From: Planctomycetota bacterium
GTDB lineage: Bacteria; Planctomycetota; UBA1135; UBA2386
Direction of reading: 5' to 3'
DNA length: 64,000 nt
Assembly (NCBI GenBank): GCA_947501605.1
Contig: CANMWZ010000007.1
Coordinates: 32,001-96,000, forward strand
Position numbers and translations under genes: made by a program
Notes under the pieces: model-generated
The model's database searches: none
Told to the model about the DNA's origin: nothing
What the model saw: the letters and a program-made list of their open reading frames with translations, nothing else
Shown: positions 48,659 through 57,305 of the stretch, piece by piece
Numbering within the stretch: the first letter of the stretch is position 1
How the letters are laid out: the number at the start of each line of letters is the position of its first letter

Positions 48659-49614
48659 GTGACTCTGGGCTTGCGATCGAACTGCGAGCGTTGCGAAAGG
48701 TCTACCAGAAGAAGCAGCAGACCACGGTCGCGGTCGACGGCCTCGATCTCGACGTGCGCCGCGGTGAGGTCTTCGGCTTGCTCGGGCCCAATGGGGCCGG
48801 CAAGACCACGACCGTTGAGATTTGCGAGGGGCTCAGTCGGCAGACCAGTGGCGAGGTGCGGATCCTCGGTCGCACTTGGGGTTCGGGCAGCGACCTTGCC
48901 ATCCGCGCGCGCATCGGGGTTTGCCTGCAGGAGACCAAGTTCTTCGACAAGCAGACCGTTCGCGAGACGCTCCAACTATTCGCTGCGTGCTACGGTCGCG
49001 GCCGCTCGGTCGATGCCGCTTTGGAGTCGGTGTCGCTGGCGGAGAAGGCCTCGTCGCGCCAGTCGCAACTGAGCGGCGGGCAACGCCAACGCCTAGCCGT
49101 TGCGACGGCCTTGCTTGGCCAACCCGAACTGCTGTTCCTCGACGAGCCGACCACCGGTCTCGATCCGCAGTCGCGCCGGCAACTCTGGGAGATCGTGCGG
49201 TCGTTCCAACGCCAGGGCGGCACCGTGCTGCTGACCACGCACTACATGGAAGAGGCCGAGCAGTTGTGCACCCGCATCGGCGTCGTCGACCGCGGCAAGT
49301 CGATCGCTCTCGGCACCCCACAGGAGTTGATCCGTTCGCTCGGCGCCGAGCACGTGGTCGAACTGGAAGCCAAGGACTTGGCTGGCATCAAGGACACCGA
49401 GCTTGGCGCGCTGCCGTCGGTGCAGTCGTGCGAGCGCAGCGGCGACAAGGTCGCGTTGAAAGTGCAAAGCGTGCACCTCGCGGTGCCGCCGCTGCTGGAA
49501 TTGCTGCGCGCGCGGGGCAAGGCGCTCGACGGCCTGTCCACGCGCCATGCGACGCTCGAAGACGTGTTCGTTCACCTGACCGGCCGGCAGCTGCGCGAGG
49601 AGGCCAGTTCATGA
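48655..49614 (+). CDS. ABC-2 exporter ATP-binding protein
   Basis: GPNGAGKT, LSGGQ, LDEPTTGLD, TTHYMEEA. Confidence 0.95.
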   Translation: MSDSGLAIELRALRKVYQKKQQTTVAVDGLDLDVRRGEVFGLLGPNGAGKTTTVEICEGLSRQTSGEVRILGRTWGSGSDLAIRARIGVCLQETKFFDKQTVRETLQLFAACYGRGRSVDAALESVSLAEKASSRQSQLSGGQRQRLAVATALLGQPELLFLDEPTTGLDPQSRRQLWEIVRSFQRQGGTVLLTTHYMEEAEQLCTRIGVVDRGKSIALGTPQELIRSLGAEHVVELEAKDLAGIKDTELGALPSVQSCERSGDKVALKVQSVHLAVPPLLELLRARGKALDGLSTRHATLEDVFVHLTGRQLREEASS

Positions 49615-50636
49615 ACCTGCGCATCGTCGTCGCTGTGGCGAAGGTCTCGTTCCGCGAGTTCTGGCGCAGTCCCGAAGCCGTGTTCTGGACCTACGGTTTT
49701 CCGCTCTTGATGACCGTGGTGCTCGGCTTTGCCTTCCAGCCCAAGGAGCCCGAACCGGTGCCCATCGCTGTGGTCGTAGCGCGCGACAGCGACGAACTCG
49801 TGACCGCCCTGTCTCGCAGCGGGCGGCTGAAGGTCGCGGCCATGACCGAACTTGACGCCGACCAAGCGCTCGCCCGCGGCCGCATTGGGGCGCTGGTGCG
49901 CGGCACGCCGACGGCGCCGATCGTGCGCGCGGATCCCACGCGACCCGATGCGGACCTTGCGCGGTTGTTGATCGATCGGGCTCTGGTGCGCGGCGATGCC
50001 AAGGACGTGGCGCATTTCGAGCCGGAGACGCGGCCTGGCTCGCGCTACGTCGACTTCCTGATCCCTGGTCTCGTCGGCCTCAACCTGCTGGGCGCCGGCA
50101 TGTGGGGCATGGGCTTTCAGTTGGTCCAGTTCCGAACGCAGCACTTGCTGCGGCGTCTGTTCGTCACGCCGATGACCCGCAGCGAATTCTTGTCGGGCTT
50201 TCTGATCAGTCGCCTGTTGCTGGCGCTGCCGGAATCGCTGGTGATCGTGTTGTTCGGTGTGTGTCTGTGGGACGTGCCGTTCCGCGGCAGCCTCGTCGCG
50301 ACCATGCTGCTACTACTGGCGGCGGCCTTGGCATTCTCGGGGCTTGGCGTCTTGGTCGCGAGTCGCGCCAAGACGATCGAGGGTGTCGCCGGGCTGATGA
50401 ACCTCTGCATCCTGCCGATGTGGTTGCTCGGCGGAGCGTTCTTCAGCAACGAGCGCATGACTGGCGTGCTGCGAGTCTGTGCCGATGCGATGCCGCTGTC
50501 GTGGTGCAACGGTGCAATGCGCGACCTGATGCTCGGCGACGCTGGCGTGATGGACATCGCCATGCCGTTGTCGCTGCTGGCGGCGTTCGCGGCGGCTACC
50601 TTCGCAGTTGCCTTGCGCGTGTTTCGCTGGACCTGA
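49611..50636 (+). CDS. ABC-2 exporter permease
   Basis: VFWTYGFP, YVDFLIPG, RRLFVTP, GAFF, VFRW; coupled to the ATPase gene. Confidence 0.92.
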   Translation: MNLRIVVAVAKVSFREFWRSPEAVFWTYGFPLLMTVVLGFAFQPKEPEPVPIAVVVARDSDELVTALSRSGRLKVAAMTELDADQALARGRIGALVRGTPTAPIVRADPTRPDADLARLLIDRALVRGDAKDVAHFEPETRPGSRYVDFLIPGLVGLNLLGAGMWGMGFQLVQFRTQHLLRRLFVTPMTRSEFLSGFLISRLLLALPESLVIVLFGVCLWDVPFRGSLVATMLLLLAAALAFSGLGVLVASRAKTIEGVAGLMNLCILPMWLLGGAFFSNERMTGVLRVCADAMPLSWCNGAMRDLMLGDAGVMDIAMPLSLLAAFAAATFAVALRVFRWT

Positions 50637-50642
50637 GGAGCG

Positions 50643-51506
50643 TCAGCGCGGCTTCCGTGCGATCACCAAGAAGCTGCTGTCGAAGTTGGCGTGCAGCCGG
50701 CCCAGGACCGTCACGAGTGGGTTCTGCTGCGGCTTCAGCGAGCCGCGCACGCGCAGCACTTCGAAGCCCATCTGCTCCTTCAGGTGGCGCGACAGCAGGT
50801 GCGGCGTGAAGAACGTGAGGTGGTGCTTGGTGTTGAAGTGCCTGCCCTTCTTGCCGCGAAGTCCGAGGCGGTCCGCGAGAGTCTTGAGCCGGTTGCTGAG
50901 CGAGCCGAGGTTGGGGGTTCCGAGGTAGAGCAAGCCGCCCGGTTGCAGCAGCGCCGCACACGTCTGCAGGTACGCGCCTGGGTCCTTTGGATGCTCGATC
51001 ACCTGATCCAAGAACAGGGCATCGAACGGCACGAGCTTGCCCGCCAGTGCGTGGAAGGAGCCGCAGTGAACCGGCACGCCTTCTTGCCGAGCCACGTTCG
51101 TGGTCGTCACCGCGTCGACGTCGTAGCCCTCCGGCTCGAAGCCCGCGGCCTTGGCCAGCCGGATCTCCAGACCGTCACCGCAGCCGACCATCAGGATCCG
51201 GCGGCCAGCCCCGAGGGATCGCAACAGCGCCAGTGCGCGACTCTTGCCCTTCTCGCGGACGTCCTGCCGAGTCCGAAATCGAACCGGCTCGTCGCCGCCC
51301 GGGTGGAGGTTGATGTAGCCGGAGTAGAACGCGGCAAGATGCGCGTCGGTGTACTGCGGGTTCATGAACCACACGCCGCAGCGGCGGCAGCAGTCGATAC
51401 GGTGCCCGCGGTAGTCGACCAGAACCTCTCGCAGCTGCGTGCCATGGCACAGGATGCAGGCGGTCCGGGGAGGGTCGTAGGGCGCAGCGGCAGGTGCCGT
51501 GGTCAT
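50643..51506 (-). CDS. Class I SAM-dependent methyltransferase with N-terminal CxxC...CxxC
   Basis: CILC, CRRC, MVGCGDG, VIEHPKDP, LQPGG...TPN, HLTFFT. Confidence 0.88.
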   Translation of the reverse strand: MTTAPAAAPYDPPRTACILCHGTQLREVLVDYRGHRIDCCRRCGVWFMNPQYTDAHLAAFYSGYINLHPGGDEPVRFRTRQDVREKGKSRALALLRSLGAGRRILMVGCGDGLEIRLAKAAGFEPEGYDVDAVTTTNVARQEGVPVHCGSFHALAGKLVPFDALFLDQVIEHPKDPGAYLQTCAALLQPGGLLYLGTPNLGSLSNRLKTLADRLGLRGKKGRHFNTKHHLTFFTPHLLSRHLKEQMGFEVLRVRGSLKPQQNPLVTVLGRLHANFDSSFLVIARKPR

Positions 51507-51802
51507 CTCGGGCGCAGCGTATGAGGGGGCCGCGCTGGCGTCCAAATCCACCTGGAAGGCGGCGACCAGAGCCCCGCCCCTTGTGGCCCACGGATGGCGT
51601 CCCTACCATCCTCCGCTCCCGCGGGTACTTGCCGCGACAGGATGATGCCGATGCCAAGGCCTCGAGTTCGAGACCGCCGGCTGTCGATCCTCTCGCCATG
51701 GTTCCCCCCGGCTGTGAGCCGGCGCGACACTCGGTTGCGTCGCCTTGGTCGGAACCCTGAACCGGGGCTGCCTGCGCGGCCCCGATCGATACCAAACCCT
51801 AC

Positions 51803-53020
51803 GTGACGTTTGCATCCCTCGGGCTCAGTGAGCCCATCCTTCGCGGCGTGCGCGCCGTCGGCTACGAGACGCCGACCGACATCCAAGCCAGCGCCATCCC
51901 CAAGATCCTTGCGGGCCAGGACCTCATCGGCCTCGGCCAGACGGGCAGCGGCAAGACGGCTGCCTTTGGTCTGCCCATGCTGGAGAAGCTTGTTGGTGGC
52001 ACACCCGGCCTGCGTGGCCTGATCGTGGTGCCGACCCGTGAGCTGTGCGTGCAGGTGGCTGAGAACCTCCGCCAGTATGCGGCCTTCACCGGGCTTCATG
52101 TGTGCACGGCCTTCGGCGGCGTCGACATGTCGATCCAGGAGAGTGCCTTCAAGCGCGGCATCGACATCGTGGTCGCTTGCCCAGGTCGACTCATCGATCA
52201 CCTCGAACGTCGCAACCTGACGCTCGAGAAGGTGCAGATCGTCGTCCTCGACGAATCGGACCGCATGCTCGACATGGGGTTCATGCCGCAGATCCGGCGC
52301 ATCTTCATTCGCCTTCCGCAAGAACGGCAGAATCTCTTGTTCTCGGCGACGATGCCGAAGGAAGTCGAGGGCCTCGTGCACGACTTCCTGCCGCACGCGG
52401 AGCGCGTTCAGATCGGCACGAGGTCGCAGTCGGCCAAGACCATCCAGCACCGGTTTGCGGCGGTCAACGTGACCGAGAAGCCGCGGATACTCGAGCGCCT
52501 GCTCGAGAACGAATCCGGCAAGGTGCTGGTCTTCGTCAACAAGAAGATCGGTTGCGAGCGACTTGGCAACACGCTGAAGCGCGACGGCATGCCGGCGGAT
52601 GCCATTCACGGCGACAAGGGCGCGGAGCAGCGACACGTCGTGCTGCAGGCGTTCACGCGTGGCAAGGTCCGCTTCCTGGTCGCGACGGACGTGGCGGCGC
52701 GCGGCATCGACGTCGACGACATCGATCTGGTCGTCAACTACGATTTCCCGCTCGGACTCGAAGACTACATCCACCGCACTGGCCGTACCGGTCGCGCTGG
52801 ACGATCGGGCCGCGCCGTGTCGCTGGTCGCGCCGAGCGAGAAGCGGCTGTTTCTGGCGGTGCATCGCCATCTCAAGGGTGAGGCCCCGGTGGACGACGGC
52901 GGCGGCGAATCGCGCGGCGGTCGAGGCTATCGCGGTGGTGGCGGGGGAGGCAGTGGGCGCAGCAGCGGCGGCCGCGGCCGACCGGGTGGGCGTTCGTCAT
53001 CCAGGCACGCTACGAGCTGA
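51803..53020 (+). CDS. DEAD-box RNA helicase (DESD variant) with RGG-rich tail
   Basis: Q motif, TGSGKT, PTREL, DESDRMLDMGF, SAT, ARGID, HRTGRTGRAG. Confidence 0.95.
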   Translation: MTFASLGLSEPILRGVRAVGYETPTDIQASAIPKILAGQDLIGLGQTGSGKTAAFGLPMLEKLVGGTPGLRGLIVVPTRELCVQVAENLRQYAAFTGLHVCTAFGGVDMSIQESAFKRGIDIVVACPGRLIDHLERRNLTLEKVQIVVLDESDRMLDMGFMPQIRRIFIRLPQERQNLLFSATMPKEVEGLVHDFLPHAERVQIGTRSQSAKTIQHRFAAVNVTEKPRILERLLENESGKVLVFVNKKIGCERLGNTLKRDGMPADAIHGDKGAEQRHVVLQAFTRGKVRFLVATDVAARGIDVDDIDLVVNYDFPLGLEDYIHRTGRTGRAGRSGRAVSLVAPSEKRLFLAVHRHLKGEAPVDDGGGESRGGRGYRGGGGGGSGRSSGGRGRPGGRSSSRHATS

Positions 53021-53213
53021 GTGATGGCTTCGACCGCAAGCGCGCCCGCGTCGCCCGTTTCGTCGTGGGCGCTCTACGCCTACGTCGTCGCCACGCTCCC
53101 GGCGCTGGCAGCCCTGCGGCGCGCCGCTGGCTGACGCTTGGTCGGACCCGATTGCGGTTCGATCCGGGCGTCGCTCGACCCGTTCCTGGCTCGCCGCTAT
53201 CGTGCTCGCCCCC

Positions 53214-53735
53214 ATGAGTGAGCCCAACAAGGTGCTCGCGACGTTCCACGTCAACAGCGAGCCGCACGAGTGCGCGTTCGCGCCGCACAAGACCCTGCTC
53301 GAAGTGCTGCGCGAGGACCTCGATCTGTGCGGCACCAAGCACGGTTGTGAACTCGGCGAGTGTGGCGCGTGCACGGTGCAGATCGATGGCACGCCCGTCC
53401 TGAGTTGCCTGTACCTCGGGCTCGATGCCGTGGGCAAGCAGATCCGCACCGTCGAAGGGCTGGCCAACGGCCCGACGCTGCACCCGTTGCAGGATGCGTT
53501 TGCCGATCTGGGTGCGGCGCAGTGTGGCTACTGCACTCCGGGCATCCTGATGGCGGCAGAGTCGCTGTTGCAGGCGAACCCGAGCCCGTCGCGCGACGAG
53601 ATCAAGCAGGGCCTCGCGGGCAACCTGTGCCGCTGCACTGGTTACCTGAAGATCTTCGAGGCCGTGGAGCTGGCCGCTGCACGCATGCGCGGCGAGGACG
53701 CCGAACCCAGCAAGGAGTCGATCTATGGGTCTTGA
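53214..53735 (+). CDS. hcrC: [2Fe-2S] subunit of xanthine-oxidase-family molybdoenzyme (HcrC-like)
   Basis: GTKHGCELGECGACTV, QCGYCTPG, GNLCRCTGY. Confidence 0.8.
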   Translation: MSEPNKVLATFHVNSEPHECAFAPHKTLLEVLREDLDLCGTKHGCELGECGACTVQIDGTPVLSCLYLGLDAVGKQIRTVEGLANGPTLHPLQDAFADLGAAQCGYCTPGILMAAESLLQANPSPSRDEIKQGLAGNLCRCTGYLKIFEAVELAAARMRGEDAEPSKESIYGS

Positions 53736-56265
53736 CGAATCGAAGTCGATCCCCGGCGTCGCGCGTCCGGATGCACCGTGGCGTCACGACGCCAAGAAGA
53801 GCGAGCTCAACGTCATCGGCAAGGCGATTCGCAAGATCGATGCGCGCAGCAAGGTGAGCGGCCTCACCAAGTTCGCCGACGATCTGACGCTGCCACGCAT
53901 GCTGCACATGAAGCTGCTGCGCAGCACGGTGGCGCATGCGCTCATCAAGAGCATCGATGTGCACAAGGCGCGGGCGATGTCCGGCGTGAAGGGCGTGTTG
54001 ACCGGTCAGGACATGCCGATTCCATTCGGCATCCTGCCAGTGAGCCAGGACGAGCACGCACTGTGCCTCGACAAGGTGCGCTTCGTCGGCGACCCCATCG
54101 TCGCGGTCGCGGCCTTGACCGAGGAGCAGGCCTGGGATGCGTGTCGCCTCATCGAGGTCGAGTACGAGTTGCTGCAGACCATCGGTTCGGTGCACGAAGC
54201 GGCCGCGACCAGCGACCCGCGACTCCATGACTACGGCGTGCGCGGCAACATCCATCGCCTCGAAAACCTCGAGTTCGGTGACTTGCAGGACGGATTTGCG
54301 CGCGCCGAACATGTGCGCGAGGACACCTTCTTCTTCGAGGGCAACACCCACCTGCCGATGGAGCAGCACGCGACGCTGGCGCACTTCGACAAGGACGGGA
54401 AGCTGACCATCTGGTCCTCGACGCAGACGCCGCACTACTTGCACCGCGCGCTCGCGCGCGTGTTGCATCCGCTGCCGGCGCATCACATTCGCGTCATCGC
54501 GTGTCCGAACGGCGGCGGCTTTGGCGGCAAGAGCGACCCGTTCAACCACGAGATCGCTGCCGCCAAGATGTCGATGCTGACTGGGCGCCCGATCAAGATC
54601 GCGCTGACTCGCGAAGAGGTGTTCTTCTGTCATCGCGGCCGCCATCCGGTGTTGATGCGCAGCAAGATGGGCGTCACCAAGACGGGGCGGATCACGGCCC
54701 TCGACTTCCAGGCATACCTCGACGGCGGTGCCTACGGCAGCTACGGCACCGCGAGCACCTTCTACACCGGTGCGCTGCAGACGGTGACCTACCCGGTCGA
54801 GAACTACCATTTCCGCGGCGCTCGCTTCTTCACCTGCAAGGCGCCGTGCGGGCCAAAGCGCGGTCATGGCACCGTGCAACCGCGCTTTGCCATCGAGGTG
54901 CAACTCGACAAGATCGCCTGCGACCTCGGCCTCGATCCCGCTGAGTTGCGGCTGCAGAATCTCGCACCGCGCGATTCGTTGACCGCGAACTTCTTGAAGA
55001 TCGGGTCGATGGGACTCGGCGAGTGCATCCAGAAGGTGATCGATGGCTCGGGCTGGAAGCAGCGCCGCGGCCAGCGCGAGATCACCGCGGACGGGCGCAT
55101 TCGCGGTCTTGGTCTCGCGTGCAGTAGCTACCTCTCGGGCGCCGGTCTGCCGATCTACTGGAACGGACTGCCGCACTCCGGCGTGCAGCTCAAGCTCGAT
55201 CGCTCGGGCCTCGTCACCGTCTTCTGCGGCAGCACGGACATCGGTCAAGGCAGCGACTCGGTGCTGACCTGGATCGTCGGCGAAGTGCTCGGCGTCGATC
55301 CGCTCGGCATCCGCGTGGTGACCTCGGACACCGATCTGACGCCCGTCGATCTCGGTAGCTATAGCTCGCGCGTGACGGTGATGACCGGCAACGCGGCGAT
55401 GCAGGCGGCGGAGCGCGCGCGAGAGATCATCGCCCGCGGCGTCGCCGAGCATCTCTTGGTGCCGTCGAGCCGCCTGGTCTTCGCCGACGCCCGCGTATTC
55501 GACAGCGAGGATCCGCAGAAGGGCATGTCGTTCATGGACGCAGTGATCGCGGCCGAGGCGCGCTTTGGCACCATTGGTACCGTCGGCAGCTACACGCCAC
55601 CGAAATCGCCGGCCAAGTTCCGCGGCGGCGGCGTCGGTCCCTCTCCGAGCTACAGCTACTCCGCGGCCGTCGTGGAGGTCGAGGTCGACCCACTGACCGG
55701 CATCTACCGGGTGCCCAAGGTGTGGATGGCACACGACATTGGCCGCGCGCTGAACGCCGCAGTCGCAATGGGGCAGATCGAGGGTTCGGTCTACATGGGC
55801 CTCGGCGAGGCGATGATGGAGGAGATGGCCTACCGCGATCGCAGCCACAAAGGCCATCGCGTGTTCGTGCACAAGATCCCTTCGCTGCTCGAGTACAAGA
55901 GCCCGAGCACGATGGAGATGCCCGACGTCGTCACCTACGTCGTCGAGGACCCGGACAAGAACGGTCCGTTCGGCGCCAAGGAAGTCGGGCAAGGCCCGTT
56001 GCTGCCGATGATGCCCGCGATCGCCAATGCCGTGTTCGACGCCGTTGGCGTGCGCGTCGACGAGAACCCGATCTCCTTCGAGAAGGTGTTTGCTGCATTG
56101 CAGAGCAAGAAGGAAGGCAAGGACGCGCGTTTTGGACCGTCGGCCGGAGCTGACGGCGTGCCCCAAGTGGACTTCGGCGACTCCTTGAAGATCAAGACGC
56201 CGTGGCAGGGTGGTGACGGCACTGCCTGGAACGAGCCCAAGCGCGAGAAGAAGGCCGCCAAGTAG
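53725..56265 (+). CDS. hcrA: Molybdopterin-binding subunit, 4-hydroxybenzoyl-CoA reductase alpha-like
   Basis: PFGILPV, GGGFGGK, CGPKRGHGTV, DIGQGS, GSYSSRVT, NGPFGAKE resemble HcrA; substrate not established. Confidence 0.75.
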   Translation: MGLDESKSIPGVARPDAPWRHDAKKSELNVIGKAIRKIDARSKVSGLTKFADDLTLPRMLHMKLLRSTVAHALIKSIDVHKARAMSGVKGVLTGQDMPIPFGILPVSQDEHALCLDKVRFVGDPIVAVAALTEEQAWDACRLIEVEYELLQTIGSVHEAAATSDPRLHDYGVRGNIHRLENLEFGDLQDGFARAEHVREDTFFFEGNTHLPMEQHATLAHFDKDGKLTIWSSTQTPHYLHRALARVLHPLPAHHIRVIACPNGGGFGGKSDPFNHEIAAAKMSMLTGRPIKIALTREEVFFCHRGRHPVLMRSKMGVTKTGRITALDFQAYLDGGAYGSYGTASTFYTGALQTVTYPVENYHFRGARFFTCKAPCGPKRGHGTVQPRFAIEVQLDKIACDLGLDPAELRLQNLAPRDSLTANFLKIGSMGLGECIQKVIDGSGWKQRRGQREITADGRIRGLGLACSSYLSGAGLPIYWNGLPHSGVQLKLDRSGLVTVFCGSTDIGQGSDSVLTWIVGEVLGVDPLGIRVVTSDTDLTPVDLGSYSSRVTVMTGNAAMQAAERAREIIARGVAEHLLVPSSRLVFADARVFDSEDPQKGMSFMDAVIAAEARFGTIGTVGSYTPPKSPAKFRGGGVGPSPSYSYSAAVVEVEVDPLTGIYRVPKVWMAHDIGRALNAAVAMGQIEGSVYMGLGEAMMEEMAYRDRSHKGHRVFVHKIPSLLEYKSPSTMEMPDVVTYVVEDPDKNGPFGAKEVGQGPLLPMMPAIANAVFDAVGVRVDENPISFEKVFAALQSKKEGKDARFGPSAGADGVPQVDFGDSLKIKTPWQGGDGTAWNEPKREKKAAK

Positions 56266-56278
56266 GAGGACGACAGCG

Positions 56279-57262
56279 ATGCTGCGACTACCGACGTTCA
56301 CCTACTACCGCCCCAAGACCGCTGCCGAGGCCGTTCGCCAGAAGTTGGCGCACGGCAAGGACGCGATGTATGTCGCTGGTGGTACGGATCTCTATCCCAA
56401 CATGAAGCGGCGCCACCAGACGCCGCTGCATGTGATCTCGTTGCAGGATGTGCCGGGCCTCAACACCGTCGAGGTGCAACAGGACGGCTCGGTGGCGATT
56501 GGTGCGATGTGTCGCCTGTCAGCCCTCGAGGTGCACCCGCACTTGCTGTTGAACTTCGGGGCGTTTGCGCACGCAGTGAAGGAGATCTCGACGCCGCTGT
56601 TGCGCAACATGGGCACGATCGGCGGCAACCTGCTGCTCGACACGCGCTGCACCTACTACGACCAGAGCCACGAGTGGCGCGAGTCGATCGACTTCTGCAT
56701 GAAGTCAAAAGCTGGCTCGATCTGCTGGGTTGCTCCGGGTTCGCCGCGATGCTGGGCGGTGCAGAGCAGCGACACCGTGCCGGTGGTCTGCGCGATGGAA
56801 GCGCAGGTAGAACTCGTCGGCCCGGACGGAACCCGCCGCATCCCCGCGAGCGAGCTGTATCGCGACGACGGCATCCAGTACCTGACAAAGCGGCCCGAGG
56901 AACTGTTGACGCGCCTCTGGCTCGGTGCACCTTCCAACTGGAAGGCGAGCTACGTGAAGTTGCGCCGCCGCGACACGTTTGACTTCCCCGTGCTCGGCGT
57001 TGGCGCGTGTGTGTGGACTGACAGCTACGGCGTAGTCACGAAGGCCAACATCCGCCTCGGCGGCGCTGGTTCCTACGCGATCCCGGCGACCGAGTCGGAG
57101 AAGGTGCTGGTCGGCCAGCAACTCACCGACGCGGTCATCGCTGCAGCTGGCGAGAAGGCGATGAAGCCAGCGCGGACGATGGACAACACCGATCTGGATG
57201 TCTACTGGCGACGAAAGGTGGCGCCGGTGTTCGTTGCCCGCGCGCTGGCTGCCTGCAAGTGA
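56279..57262 (+). CDS. hcrB: FAD-binding subunit with four-Cys [4Fe-4S] insert (HcrB-like)
   Basis: AGGTDLYPN, RNMGTIGGN, RCTYYDQS.EW...FCMK....CWV......CW, KLRRR..FDFP. Confidence 0.8.
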   Translation: MLRLPTFTYYRPKTAAEAVRQKLAHGKDAMYVAGGTDLYPNMKRRHQTPLHVISLQDVPGLNTVEVQQDGSVAIGAMCRLSALEVHPHLLLNFGAFAHAVKEISTPLLRNMGTIGGNLLLDTRCTYYDQSHEWRESIDFCMKSKAGSICWVAPGSPRCWAVQSSDTVPVVCAMEAQVELVGPDGTRRIPASELYRDDGIQYLTKRPEELLTRLWLGAPSNWKASYVKLRRRDTFDFPVLGVGACVWTDSYGVVTKANIRLGGAGSYAIPATESEKVLVGQQLTDAVIAAAGEKAMKPARTMDNTDLDVYWRRKVAPVFVARALAACK

Positions 57263-57305
57263 GGTAGCGGCGGCAGCGGCGGGGCGACCGCGGCCGCTCG
57301 ACGAC

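Noticed and set aside
18932..52262. Motif variants KMSKR in LeuS and DESD in the helicase
   Set aside because: Conservative changes at tolerant positions; all other catalytic motifs are intact.
5364..57262. gcdH plus hcrCAB as evidence for a complete anaerobic benzoyl-CoA pathway
   Set aside because: The genes are about 47 kb apart, gcdH is widespread for Lys/Trp catabolism, and no ring-reduction genes are in the window.
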